Shown piece after piece: positions 45,991 to 55,478 of a stretch of DNA of 64,000 nucleotides. This stretch comes from an uncultured Collinsella sp. GTDB lineage: Bacteria > Actinomycetota > Coriobacteriia > Coriobacteriales > Coriobacteriaceae. The translations under genes were made by a program, and so were the position numbers. The notes under the pieces were generated by a model that was not told the origin of the DNA, ran no database searches, and was given only the letters and a program-made list of their open reading frames with translations. The stretch lies in assembly GCA_900757205.1 (NCBI GenBank), contig CAAENA010000090.1, positions 1,708 to 65,707 on the forward strand. Reading direction: 5' to 3'. Each line of letters begins with the position of its first letter. The stretch's first letter is position 1.

Positions 45991-48489
45991 TTAAATTAGA
46001 GGATGACGTTTGAAATCCCAAGAGGTTTCAAATGAGTCCCAGTCATTTTTGGATTCATGTCTCAACGCTCTCACTATATTGATTATTTCATTCTGTTGAT
46101 TGCAATCAGAGGGCTTCACTATCGGTATTCGTGCGACATCTCCGACATTGAAATTAAGCGATGGAGAAAGTAGTGACATAAAAAACAATGCAATTGAACT
46201 ATTCGCAATCCCCTGAATTAATGCAAGCATCGACTCATTCGTATAGAGACAATTTCCAGCATGTTCAGGCAAATAACCAGAAGATACGTATCTAGTTGAG
46301 AAAGCACCGCTTGATATAGAGCTCCAGGTCACAGCCGGTAGAAAATAGAACTGTCTATTTTTGATATGCGCTCCTGAAAACTCTATTAATTCAGCGCCAT
46401 CATGTTCCCAAAAAATTACATCCTCATTATTTCCAAACCATTTGCGGAACTGACCGCCAGAAGTACATGGGAGCCACTTCGCCTTACTCTCTCGAGCCTC
46501 CTTATGTGACTGAATTTCATCATCAAAATCTATAAGCCCTATCTCCCACCAGGAACGCATAAAACGCTTGTTGTCTCTAGTTACCATTCCCTGCTTAGGT
46601 TGAGCAAAGTTTGACAGGCTAGGCAAGGAAGCCATGTTTTTGACCGCAGCGTCCGAAATCCAGTAGGCGATAGGGGTGCCGGGGATTTGCTTGAAGGCCT
46701 CGGCGTCGCGGCGGTAGAACCAGCCGCAGTCGAGGTTTTCGATCGCCTCGAGCAGCTTGAGGCGCTTCGCCTCGCTGCCGTTGATGTCGACGAGGCGAAC
46801 GTAGGCGCCCCCGCATGCCGCGCGGCCGTTGTAGATGACGTCGGCGGTTACGTTAACGACCTCGCCGCCGATGGCGTCGAATGCGCGGGGGCCGAGGTGT
46901 ACCATCGAGGCGATCGTCTTGCCGTCGATGAGCGAGGAGCGCATCTTCTCGAAGCTGCCCAGGAACATCCAGCTCTGCATGGTGACCATTGCCGTGTAGC
47001 CGCGATCCCCGGCAAGGCTGAAACCGCGCTCGATAAAGCACGTGCACAGGTCGCTCTTCACGTCGGGGTAGTTCTTCTTGACCCACTTGCTCATGAAGGG
47101 GTTAAAGCTGCTACTGCCCATATACGGAGGATTCGCAACGGTGCAGGTAAAACGACGGGACAGCTTCTCGCAGATGGCAGCAGCGCTTTCGAGCTTAGTT
47201 TTGGCCGTAGCGGCAAAAAGGTCATCGGAACAACTCGCGGCGGCAGCCTTGAGCTCGTCGATCTCGTCCTCTGAAGGATTGAGCAGCGAGCCGATCTCGC
47301 CCAAATGACTCAGCTCCTCGGCGAGCTTCTTGTTACCCGGCAGCTCGTCCTCCCCTAGCGGGATGCTCGAGAGCACGGTAACGTCGGCGCGAACGCCACG
47401 CCTAAAGAAGCGACGGTCGTGCTCGCGGGCGCACATGGCAAGCGCCAGCTCCGCGATCTGTGCCGCGCGGGAATCGATTTCCATACCTGCAAGGTTTTTA
47501 GTAAGAATGAGCTCGGGAATCTCGCGCTCACGATAGCCACGCTCTTCGTACATATGAAAGATCAGCTCAAACGCATAGACCAGGATATGGCCCGAGCCAC
47601 ATGCGGGGTCACAGAGGGTTATCTCCTCGGGGCTCGAGATGCGGATGAAGTCCTCATGCTCAGTATCGGGCTCGATGTAATATTTCATGCGCTCGCGTAG
47701 CGAACTCCCCGGATTGTTGAGCATCCACAGACGGCCGAGCGAGTTCTCGACCATATAGCGCACGATCCACTCGGGGGTGAAGAGCTGCGTGGCGGGCGCG
47801 ATGTCCGCCGCCGCTGCCTTGCGCTTGGACTTGAAGAACTCGTCTTTAACGTCGGCATTGTAGTACTGATACATCCAGCCCAGAACGGTCACGCCCTCGC
47901 GCCAGTCCTCGTCAGTGAGGACGGCATTGAGTTTGCCCACCACACTGTCGGCCATCATGAGGCCCTGGGGCAACAGCAACTCCATGGCTCCGCCCACGCG
48001 CTCAAAGACACCCGGCAGGCAATCGGCAAGCTCCTCGCACTGAGCCACAAACAGGTAGCGCCACAGCGGCTCATCCAAGCCCGCCATCTTGAGCTCGGCT
48101 ATGCGATCGGTATCGGCCGTCGCTATCTCCACGTCCAGCGCGTTCTCCACGGCCTCGCTGCCATGGCTGCCGTCCGCACGACTTAGCATGCGCATACGGC
48201 TGGGGAGCCATCCGCGTGCATCCATGAAGCGAATGGCCACGAGGCGGTTGAACCAGGTGTAGGCCGCTCGGTCGCGCAGCGCCTCGTGACCCACCTCTGC
48301 CTGCATGCGCAGTAGTTCGTCGCGTTGCTCAATCTCAGCCGGACTTAGGGGCAGGCCGTTGACGGTCTCGGACCCAACGGGCGCGGGCGCAGGTTCGGTG
48401 ATGCCGTAGCGCACCATCTGCGCCTCCACGCCTTTGATGAGCTCCGTACGGGCCCAGGTGCAGAAGCTCTTAAGAGCAGAATCGTTCAT
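45991..48489 (-). CDS. pglX: BREX-1 adenine methyltransferase PglX, N-terminal part (832 aa)
   Basis: AYTWFNRL, PATQLFTPEWIVRYMVENSLG, DPACGSGHIL (SAM binding), NPPY (catalytic) and IPGTPIAYW. Ends at WDSFETSWDFKRHPLI*. Confidence 0.93.
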   Translation of the reverse strand: MNDSALKSFCTWARTELIKGVEAQMVRYGITEPAPAPVGSETVNGLPLSPAEIEQRDELLRMQAEVGHEALRDRAAYTWFNRLVAIRFMDARGWLPSRMRMLSRADGSHGSEAVENALDVEIATADTDRIAELKMAGLDEPLWRYLFVAQCEELADCLPGVFERVGGAMELLLPQGLMMADSVVGKLNAVLTDEDWREGVTVLGWMYQYYNADVKDEFFKSKRKAAAADIAPATQLFTPEWIVRYMVENSLGRLWMLNNPGSSLRERMKYYIEPDTEHEDFIRISSPEEITLCDPACGSGHILVYAFELIFHMYEERGYREREIPELILTKNLAGMEIDSRAAQIAELALAMCAREHDRRFFRRGVRADVTVLSSIPLGEDELPGNKKLAEELSHLGEIGSLLNPSEDEIDELKAAAASCSDDLFAATAKTKLESAAAICEKLSRRFTCTVANPPYMGSSSFNPFMSKWVKKNYPDVKSDLCTCFIERGFSLAGDRGYTAMVTMQSWMFLGSFEKMRSSLIDGKTIASMVHLGPRAFDAIGGEVVNVTADVIYNGRAACGGAYVRLVDINGSEAKRLKLLEAIENLDCGWFYRRDAEAFKQIPGTPIAYWISDAAVKNMASLPSLSNFAQPKQGMVTRDNKRFMRSWWEIGLIDFDDEIQSHKEARESKAKWLPCTSGGQFRKWFGNNEDVIFWEHDGAELIEFSGAHIKNRQFYFLPAVTWSSISSGAFSTRYVSSGYLPEHAGNCLYTNESMLALIQGIANSSIALFFMSLLSPSLNFNVGDVARIPIVKPSDCNQQNEIINIVRALRHESKNDWDSFETSWDFKRHPLI

Positions 48490-48555
48490 GGTTGATGAGC
48501 CTTTCTAAACGCCATAAGCCACCGGTGCGCGCTTTGGCACCGGTGGCTCCGCGGG

Positions 48556-51500
48556 TTAGTTGATACGGATCTCGTCGTTTGCAGCGAGCGCCTGCATAAG
48601 GCGGGAGCGCAGGTCGTCCACGTAGCGCTCCACGTCCTCTGCGGACAAGAGACGACTCGGCTTGGCCAGATCGGTGCGGCGCACAGTCTTGATCTTGCGC
48701 TGGGGCTTGGGCGCGGGCACGGGAGCAGACGATGCGGCGCCCTTGTTGGAGACCTTCTTGACCACCTCACCCGTACTCATGACCTCGGTGGTGCGGCGCT
48801 CGTTGTCCATACGCACGCGGGCCTCATCCACAGCGTCGTACATCTCGTTGGCCGCCGCACTGAGCCAGTCGCCCCAGTTAGTTGCAACAACGCTCAGTTC
48901 GTTGAGACTTTGAGCGCTGTGGGCACGGTTTTTGAACGACTCGTATTTGGTGCCGGCGTCTGCTATGGCATCCTTGGCCTGATTGACAAAGCCCTTTTGA
49001 CTCTCTGCCTGCGCCCGCAGGTCTTGCAGATCGCTCTCGATGCGGCACAAAAACTCATTGCGGCGGATGCCCAGCAGCTTTTTCATGTCGTCCTCGACGG
49101 GATCCATAAGCGGCTGCAGGTCTTTAATGCGGCCGTAGGGCTTGGGATCTTTGAGAACCTCATGCACCTTTGCCACATTCTCAACCGCGCTGGGAATGTC
49201 ATCGGAGGCATACTCGATACCCTCGGTGCGGCTCAAGAAATCCTTGGCGTGGTCAAACGCTGTTCGCTGGTTGGACTCGAAGAACTCAACCACCTTATCA
49301 AAGTCTTCCTTGGCATCGAGCAAGCGGTCCTCATGCTTGGTGAACGTGGTCAAGAACGCCTCGGCCTCGTTCTGGTCCTTAAGGACGTCGGCCACCTCCG
49401 AGCGCATCTTCTCGCACTCGTCTTCACCGGGATACGGGTAGGCCGGCTTGATGCCCGTGTAGTAGTCGCGTGCCATGGCGAGGCACGCCTCGCGCAAGCC
49501 CTCAAGGCGCTCTTTGAGCTCGGCCACGAGCTTATCCTCGTTGGAGGGCACGGTCTTGAGATCAAACAGATCACGCATGAGCTCTCCCGTGGCGCGCAGC
49601 AACCGGTCGCTCATGCGCACGCGCAAGCGCACCTGGGCCTTATCGGCATCCTTGCGCAGGAGCGCCACCATGCGGCTATCGTTAGCTTGAACCGTCTGGC
49701 CGCCAAACAGCACCTGCGCGCGCTGCTCCACCACAAGCTGCGCCACCACATTTGCGATGTCGACCTCGCGCCAGCCAAAGGGCCTTTGCTGGTACTGGCG
49801 CTGGATATCGCCCATAGCGGTATCCAGATGGCGCTGGTGCTGCACTTTGAGGTAGTCCTCGACCTCCTTGAGCGCACGCGTGTTACCCGCGTTCATGCCA
49901 GCGAGCCCCGCTTGAACGTTGCCCGCCAGAGTGGAGCGGATATCGGAATCGCTCGTGACCGGCGCGCCGATATAGCCGGCCTTTTCAAAGACCACATCGC
50001 ACAGCTGCGCCAGCACCTGCTCAAAGACCTGGGCGGGTTTGGCAGCACGGATCTCAATCATGCGCCCGTTGACGGCGCATCGTGCATGGAGCACCGCCTC
50101 AGCCAAAAGGGCGTCAGCCTCTTTCTCGTTAAAGTCCTTCTCGCGCATTTTGGCCTCGACGATCTGGCGGGTACTCGGCGGTAGCTCCTGCAGGTTGCGC
50201 GTCTGGGCGTACATGCGAATCTTAGCGGCGTTGACGAGTGGGGCCCAATAATCCACCTCGTCGCTCAAGGCCACGATGGCCTTATCCACGGATTTCAATG
50301 CCAGCTCGGCATCGTCCGCACGGCCCAGATCGCTGGCCATGGTCACCACGGATAGTTCCATGCCGCCCATGTTGGATCCATGAATCGAGCCATCCACGTA
50401 GCGGTCAAAGGGGAAGTCGTTGGTCCCGCGGTTGAGTTTGCGCGCAGTGTAGATGCTTTCGAACAGGCGCTTCTTGATGTACTCAATCACCTTCGCGTTG
50501 TCGATCGGGGTGCGTGCGATCTCCTGCGCTATCTCCTGCTCCTCGTCGGTGAGGAAGCTATAGGTATCGCCCTGGCGTGCCACGTAGCTCTCGCGCTCCA
50601 AGCGGGCAAGAGATTCCTTGACGCGGTCCTTAAGGGCGCGCTTGTCCACGTCCAGGCTATCGATCATAAGGATGGAGATGTTCTCGACCGTGGCCTTGAC
50701 GTAGCCGATGTAGCGGATCAAGTACAGGAGCTTAAGCACCTGAACGTCGTAGGGTTCAAGGCCCTCCGCGTTCTCGGCCGCACGGACCGCGCGGTCGACC
50801 ACCAGGCTGATGCCGTGCTCAAGATCTTTGGAGATAGTGTCGAAGAAGCGCCAGAACGGCACGAGCGCACCGGTCTGGTCATGCTGGATGACCTGAGCGC
50901 TCTCCTGGAATGCGCTCAGCATGGAGCGCTCGCCCGTGGACATGTGCTTGGCCTTAACACCATGCTTGCGTACCTCGGTCATCACGTCGGGCAGGAGCTT
51001 AAACTGATAGCCCACAAACGGGTAGCTGGCGACAAACTCCTTGGAGTTGGCGAAGCCGGCAAGGTCGGAGCGCGAGCCACCCTCAAAGGTAAAGTTGTTT
51101 TTGAGCACGGCGGCGTCTTGCTCGTAGACCTGTGCAAGCATATCGGCCGCCGGCGCGGTCTTCTCGAGCACGCGGCGCTGGATGACCTCGTCCACGCTAG
51201 AGCTGGAGAGCGAAAGGCGGGTATTGAAGCGGCCTTGGATCTTTGAAAAGTCGTTGCCCACGGGCAGGCTCAGGTTGTCGATGGCCTCCTGGCTCGTGAC
51301 CATCACCCACACGCGGCCACCGCAGGCGGCACCCAGCTCCTCGACGATGGTCTGAAGGCTCAGCATAAGGCTTGGGTCCTGGTCGTTTGTAATAAACTGA
51401 CCCACCTCGTCGACCATAAAGAGCAAACGGAAGTTGCCGCCGTGGGCCGCTGCCTGAGCGTCCACGTAGTCCTTGACCTTTTTGGCAAAGACATCAGGGG

Positions 51501-52218
51501 CCAAAACCTCGTCCTCAGAACCCTCGAGCCAGTTCCATGCGGCCTTTTCGCTCATGCCGAGCACGCTCTGCAGCACCTCGACGACGTCGTCCTCAAAGTA
51601 GCTGTAGGTGTCGCGGGTCTGGAGCCAGGACTCGCCGTTGACGCGCTCAAAGGCCTCGCGGAACTCCTGGGTCTTGCCCAGGGAATCGATGTGGTCCTCG
51701 AGCTTTGCAAGCTTTAGGTCCTCACCGTAGAAGCCGCGCGCCTCGTAGAACATGCGCTCAAAGCCGCGAAGCAGCGCCGTGGGAGCCGTATCACCCTGCT
51801 TCCACTGGCCCGCCTTGCTATCGATGTTAAAGAGGATGGCCTGCGTGGGCACCGAGCAGGCGCGCTCCATGGCAGCCGCGACCATGGGGTCGACGATTTT
51901 GCCGTCAAAGTAGAGGATGGCGCTCTTACCACCGATCTGGCGATTCTCGAGCAGGTAGCTCAGCATCTTGAGGAAGTGCGATTTACCGGAACCGAAGAAG
52001 CCACTGATCCACACGCCGATCTTGTCGGTGGGCACATCAATGGCATCACCGTATGCCTTGAAGAACGTGGCAAGGTGCCCTTGCAGCTCGCGCGTCACCA
52101 CGTACTCGTCAAGCTCCTGACGGATGGACCCATCTTTTGAATCCTGGACCTTGACCACGCCGTTGATGGAGCGGTTAATGTCTTTTGCAAAGAGGTCGCG
52201 AATGATCGTGTTGTCCAT
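48556..52218 (-). CDS. brxC: BREX P-loop ATPase BrxC
   Basis: FAKDINRSINGVVKV, EYVVT, Walker A SGFFGSGKSH, Walker B DEVGQF and FSKIQGRF. Confidence 0.95.
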   Translation of the reverse strand: MDNTIIRDLFAKDINRSINGVVKVQDSKDGSIRQELDEYVVTRELQGHLATFFKAYGDAIDVPTDKIGVWISGFFGSGKSHFLKMLSYLLENRQIGGKSAILYFDGKIVDPMVAAAMERACSVPTQAILFNIDSKAGQWKQGDTAPTALLRGFERMFYEARGFYGEDLKLAKLEDHIDSLGKTQEFREAFERVNGESWLQTRDTYSYFEDDVVEVLQSVLGMSEKAAWNWLEGSEDEVLAPDVFAKKVKDYVDAQAAAHGGNFRLLFMVDEVGQFITNDQDPSLMLSLQTIVEELGAACGGRVWVMVTSQEAIDNLSLPVGNDFSKIQGRFNTRLSLSSSSVDEVIQRRVLEKTAPAADMLAQVYEQDAAVLKNNFTFEGGSRSDLAGFANSKEFVASYPFVGYQFKLLPDVMTEVRKHGVKAKHMSTGERSMLSAFQESAQVIQHDQTGALVPFWRFFDTISKDLEHGISLVVDRAVRAAENAEGLEPYDVQVLKLLYLIRYIGYVKATVENISILMIDSLDVDKRALKDRVKESLARLERESYVARQGDTYSFLTDEEQEIAQEIARTPIDNAKVIEYIKKRLFESIYTARKLNRGTNDFPFDRYVDGSIHGSNMGGMELSVVTMASDLGRADDAELALKSVDKAIVALSDEVDYWAPLVNAAKIRMYAQTRNLQELPPSTRQIVEAKMREKDFNEKEADALLAEAVLHARCAVNGRMIEIRAAKPAQVFEQVLAQLCDVVFEKAGYIGAPVTSDSDIRSTLAGNVQAGLAGMNAGNTRALKEVEDYLKVQHQRHLDTAMGDIQRQYQQRPFGWREVDIANVVAQLVVEQRAQVLFGGQTVQANDSRMVALLRKDADKAQVRLRVRMSDRLLRATGELMRDLFDLKTVPSNEDKLVAELKERLEGLREACLAMARDYYTGIKPAYPYPGEDECEKMRSEVADVLKDQNEAEAFLTTFTKHEDRLLDAKEDFDKVVEFFESNQRTAFDHAKDFLSRTEGIEYASDDIPSAVENVAKVHEVLKDPKPYGRIKDLQPLMDPVEDDMKKLLGIRRNEFLCRIESDLQDLRAQAESQKGFVNQAKDAIADAGTKYESFKNRAHSAQSLNELSVVATNWGDWLSAAANEMYDAVDEARVRMDNERRTTEVMSTGEVVKKVSNKGAASSAPVPAPKPQRKIKTVRRTDLAKPSRLLSAEDVERYVDDLRSRLMQALAANDEIRIN

Positions 52219-52296
52219 GGGTGCTCCTTTGGGTTTGGGAACGTTATGGCAAAGGGTTGTTACCGGCGGCGGGGCCTTGTCTGCGGGAAGCCGTGC

Positions 52297-52989
52297 TTAC
52301 GAGATATCGATGGCGCGGTAGTAGTTATCGGCCGGCAGACGGTTAAAGAGCTGGAAAGAAGAGCCGTTGAAGCTGCCCGGATAGGCAGCGACCACAGGCA
52401 CCTCATCAAAATCCGCAAGCATGCAGTGGAGAAGCGTGTGCATGCGAAAGAATGGGAAGACCTCGCCCGCGCCGGTGAGGAGAATGACGTCTCTGGGCGC
52501 GAACGGCTCGGTCTGCTCAAGGATGTACGCGGCAACTTTCTCGGGCGAGGCGAACTTGGCCACGTCCTCGAGCACGCGCTGGGTACCGCGGCGCTCCTCT
52601 TGGCGCTGGATAGCCTTGAGGACCCGGCGCTTTTCGAGAATTGCCAGCACGGCGTCGTAAAGGTTCACGACCTTGAGCGTGCATGGAAGCTTGCCGGCCT
52701 CGGCATCGCGTGAAAGGGTGTCAAATAATGCACGCGCCTCAAACTCCAGCGCGGGGTCATAGCAAAAAGTGTGGAAGCCGATCTCATTGCCTATGCCCTT
52801 GTTGGCCAAAAAGTCCTCGCTGCACAGGCACTCGCGCAGAAGCTGCGCACGGCGCTCAAATTCCTGACAGGCACGCTCGGAGCGGGCATGCGCCGCCACG
52901 ACGCTCTTGCGGGAATGGATGCCGATATTGGTGGTGAGATCGGTCGCCGGGGTGATAACAGGGTCGACGGCGCTTTTGACGGGAGCCAC
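52297..52989 (-). CDS. brxB: BREX protein BrxB (DUF1788)
   Basis: FLANKGIGNEIGFHTFCYDP, LTGAGEVFPFFRMHTLL, YPGSFNG and DNYYRA. Confidence 0.9.
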   Translation of the reverse strand: MAPVKSAVDPVITPATDLTTNIGIHSRKSVVAAHARSERACQEFERRAQLLRECLCSEDFLANKGIGNEIGFHTFCYDPALEFEARALFDTLSRDAEAGKLPCTLKVVNLYDAVLAILEKRRVLKAIQRQEERRGTQRVLEDVAKFASPEKVAAYILEQTEPFAPRDVILLTGAGEVFPFFRMHTLLHCMLADFDEVPVVAAYPGSFNGSSFQLFNRLPADNYYRAIDIS

Positions 52990-52990
52990 G

Positions 52991-53641
52991 CTACATCACT
53001 GCCCTGCCGGTAAGGGCCGCGATAAGCGACTGCTCGCCCAGCTGAACCAAGGCTCGCTCGACATCGGAATCGAGGAAGAGTGGTGACAGGCGCTCGGACT
53101 CCGGGCCCTGGCCCTCGCCGATAAGGCCGGCATGGCGGAGCGTCTGGCGGAGCGAGCCCTTAATGCGCTTGACCGTGGCCTCGGTCCAGCGGGCCGCGTC
53201 CGGATACTCCGTGGTAAAGCGTGTCATAAAGGCGTTGAGGTCAACCGCCGTAAAGGCATAATCGAAGTTTTGCAGGCGCTCCCCTACCTCGACGAGCACG
53301 AGCTCGCGCACGATATCGTAGCGGCAAATCATGCTATAGAAGATGGCCTGGTCCGCCTGCGTGGGAGTGCCGGATGCCATGAGGCTGGTTAGGGATGACG
53401 CAGCCTCGACGGCGGTTTTGGGGTCGATGCCACGCGCGGCGCATGCGGCGTCTGTGGGCACCATGGCGTCGAGGCGGCGAAGGCACACGGTTGCGCGGTT
53501 GGCGGCCATGCGCTCCGTGGGATATTGAAAGAGGTTCTCGCTCTTTACGCGTACAATGACCTGCTCGTCGCTTGCGCCCTGTATACGCAGGGCAGCGACG
53601 ATGCGCATCTCATGCGGGAGGAATTGCTCGCGGGTGAGCAC
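52991..53641 (-). CDS. brxA: BREX protein BrxA (DUF1819); true start ambiguous because of a G10 tract
   Basis: LTREQFLPHEMRIVA, ENLFQYPTE and WTEATVKRIK. First gene of the BREX operon. Confidence 0.85.
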   Translation of the reverse strand: MLTREQFLPHEMRIVAALRIQGASDEQVIVRVKSENLFQYPTERMAANRATVCLRRLDAMVPTDAACAARGIDPKTAVEAASSLTSLMASGTPTQADQAIFYSMICRYDIVRELVLVEVGERLQNFDYAFTAVDLNAFMTRFTTEYPDAARWTEATVKRIKGSLRQTLRHAGLIGEGQGPESERLSPLFLDSDVERALVQLGEQSLIAALTGRAVM

Positions 53642-53650
53642 CCCCCCCCC
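53641..53650 (-). repeat. G10 homopolymer at the brxA 5' end
   Basis: Ten consecutive C on the + strand. Confidence 0.95.
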
Positions 53651-53980
53651 GAACGCTTTTTGTGGTTATATCCACAGTACACGCTCCAAGGGTGTCAAAG
53701 GCTGTCACAAGTGCGCCGCAACCCGGCAGGCAGGTGCGGCGCACATGACAATAATCATACCTGTTAGTAAAAAAGTTACCACGCCCAGAGTGTCAAATGT
53801 TGAGCAACAAAATTAAATCCGGTTAACGGTCATTTTCGCAGCTCAGAAGCTTTGACGAGGTCCCCAAATCACACTTGCCAGACAACCGCGCTTACGAATG
53901 CAGGCACGCACACGCCCAACGCCATCCTCCGCTATATTCAACATAGAGTTATACATATGCTTCTATGTAAGGAGCTTCAT

Positions 53981-54154
53981 ATGTCTGTCGTAAAGTCTAT
54001 TTCTGATCAGACGCGCGCACTAACTACCATTCAGGAACGCGAAGATCACATTCAACGTGCCATCGCTCGTGGCTACGACGACCTCACCAACGGTCGCGTA
54101 CGCCCCTGGAAACAAGCAAAGGCCGAGGCGGATCGGATACGAGCCTCGAGATAA
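53981..54154 (+). CDS. Short antitoxin-like protein (Phd/YefM-like ends), possibly internally deleted
   Basis: AAGGAG RBS; MSVVKSISD...IARGYDDLTNGRV. Upstream palindrome ACATAGA..TCTATGT. No toxin ORF follows. Confidence 0.5.
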   Translation: MSVVKSISDQTRALTTIQEREDHIQRAIARGYDDLTNGRVRPWKQAKAEADRIRASR

Positions 54155-54284
54155 TCCCTCCCCCATGTAACCATCCTGTAAATCATAGCGGCGCACTCGG
54201 GTTTTGCTGTGATTCGGTCGCGCCTGACGCTCCACTGTGCTAAAGTATCCCGAACGTTCAAACGACTACGAGGGGAACTAGAAG

Positions 54285-55409
54285 ATGGCACGTGTGCACA
54301 ACTTCTCAGCTGGCCCGGCCGCGCTGCCTACAAGCGTGCTCGCCGAGATCGCCGACGAGATGATGGACTACCGCGGTTGCGGCATGTCCGTGCTCGAGAT
54401 GAGCCATCGATCTAGCATGTACCAGCAGATTATCAACGACGCCGAGGCAACCCTGCGCCGTCTGCTGAGCATCCCCGACAACTACCGCGTCCTGTTTTTG
54501 CAGGGCGGCGCCACGCTGCAGTTTGCGGGCATCCCCATGAACCTCATGCGCCGCGGCCGCGCCGGCTACGTCGTGACCGGCAACTTTGCCAACAAGGCGT
54601 ACAAGGAGGCCGCCAAGTACGGTGAGGCCGTGCTGCTCGCGAGCTCCGAGGACACCAACTTCGACCGCATTCCCTACATGGCCGACGTCAACGCACGCAT
54701 TGCCGCCGAGGCCGCGGGCGAAGGCCTCGACTACGTCTACATCTGCCAGAACAACACCATCTTTGGCACCATGTACCACGAGCTGCCCGCTTGCGGCGAT
54801 GTGCCGCTGGTCGCCGATGTCTCGAGCTGTTTTCTGTCGCAGCCGCTCGACGTTGAGCGCTACGGGCTCATCTACGCCGGCGCGCAGAAAAACGCCGGTG
54901 CCGCGGGCGTGACCGTGGTCATCGTTCGCGACGACCTCATCGCCGAAGGCCCCGCCTTTGCGCAGACGCCGCAGTACCTGGACCTCAAGACCCAGGCCGC
55001 CAAGGGCTCCATGCTCAACACGCCTAACACCTTTGGCATCTACGTATGCGGCAAGGTATTCCGCTGGGTCGAGGAGACCGGCGGACTTACCGCCATGGCC
55101 GAGCGCAACTGGGCCAAGGCCAACCTGCTCTACGACCTGCTCGAGCACAGCGAGCTGTTCCATGGCACCACGCAGGCCGGCAGCCGCTCCATCGCCAACG
55201 TCACCTTCCGCACCGGCGACGCCGAACTCGACACGGCCTTTGTCACAGGCGCGGCCGAGCACCAGATTCAAAACGTCAAGGGCCATCGTCTGGTGGGCGG
55301 CATGCGCGCCAGCGTCTACAACGCCGTCACCATGGAAGACGTTCAGGCGCTGGCCACGTACATGAAGGACTTCGAAGCGCAGCATAGTTTGAGCCCGCGA
55401 TCTAACTAG
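54285..55409 (+). CDS. serC: Phosphoserine aminotransferase
   Basis: NFSAGPAALP, EMSHRS, LQGGATLQF, YAGAQKN and GHRLVGGMRAS. Confidence 0.95.
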   Translation: MARVHNFSAGPAALPTSVLAEIADEMMDYRGCGMSVLEMSHRSSMYQQIINDAEATLRRLLSIPDNYRVLFLQGGATLQFAGIPMNLMRRGRAGYVVTGNFANKAYKEAAKYGEAVLLASSEDTNFDRIPYMADVNARIAAEAAGEGLDYVYICQNNTIFGTMYHELPACGDVPLVADVSSCFLSQPLDVERYGLIYAGAQKNAGAAGVTVVIVRDDLIAEGPAFAQTPQYLDLKTQAAKGSMLNTPNTFGIYVCGKVFRWVEETGGLTAMAERNWAKANLLYDLLEHSELFHGTTQAGSRSIANVTFRTGDAELDTAFVTGAAEHQIQNVKGHRLVGGMRASVYNAVTMEDVQALATYMKDFEAQHSLSPRSN

Positions 55410-55478
55410 CCCGCAACCCGCGGGCCGACCAGCCACTTCAAACCACTTGTTTCAAACAAACCTGCTAAGGAGTTTTCC

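Noticed and set aside
44900..46000. Possibility that the pglX interruption is an intron, IS or excisable element
   Set aside because: No transposase, recombinase or RT, and no flanking direct or inverted repeats seen; pglX-C has its own RBS.
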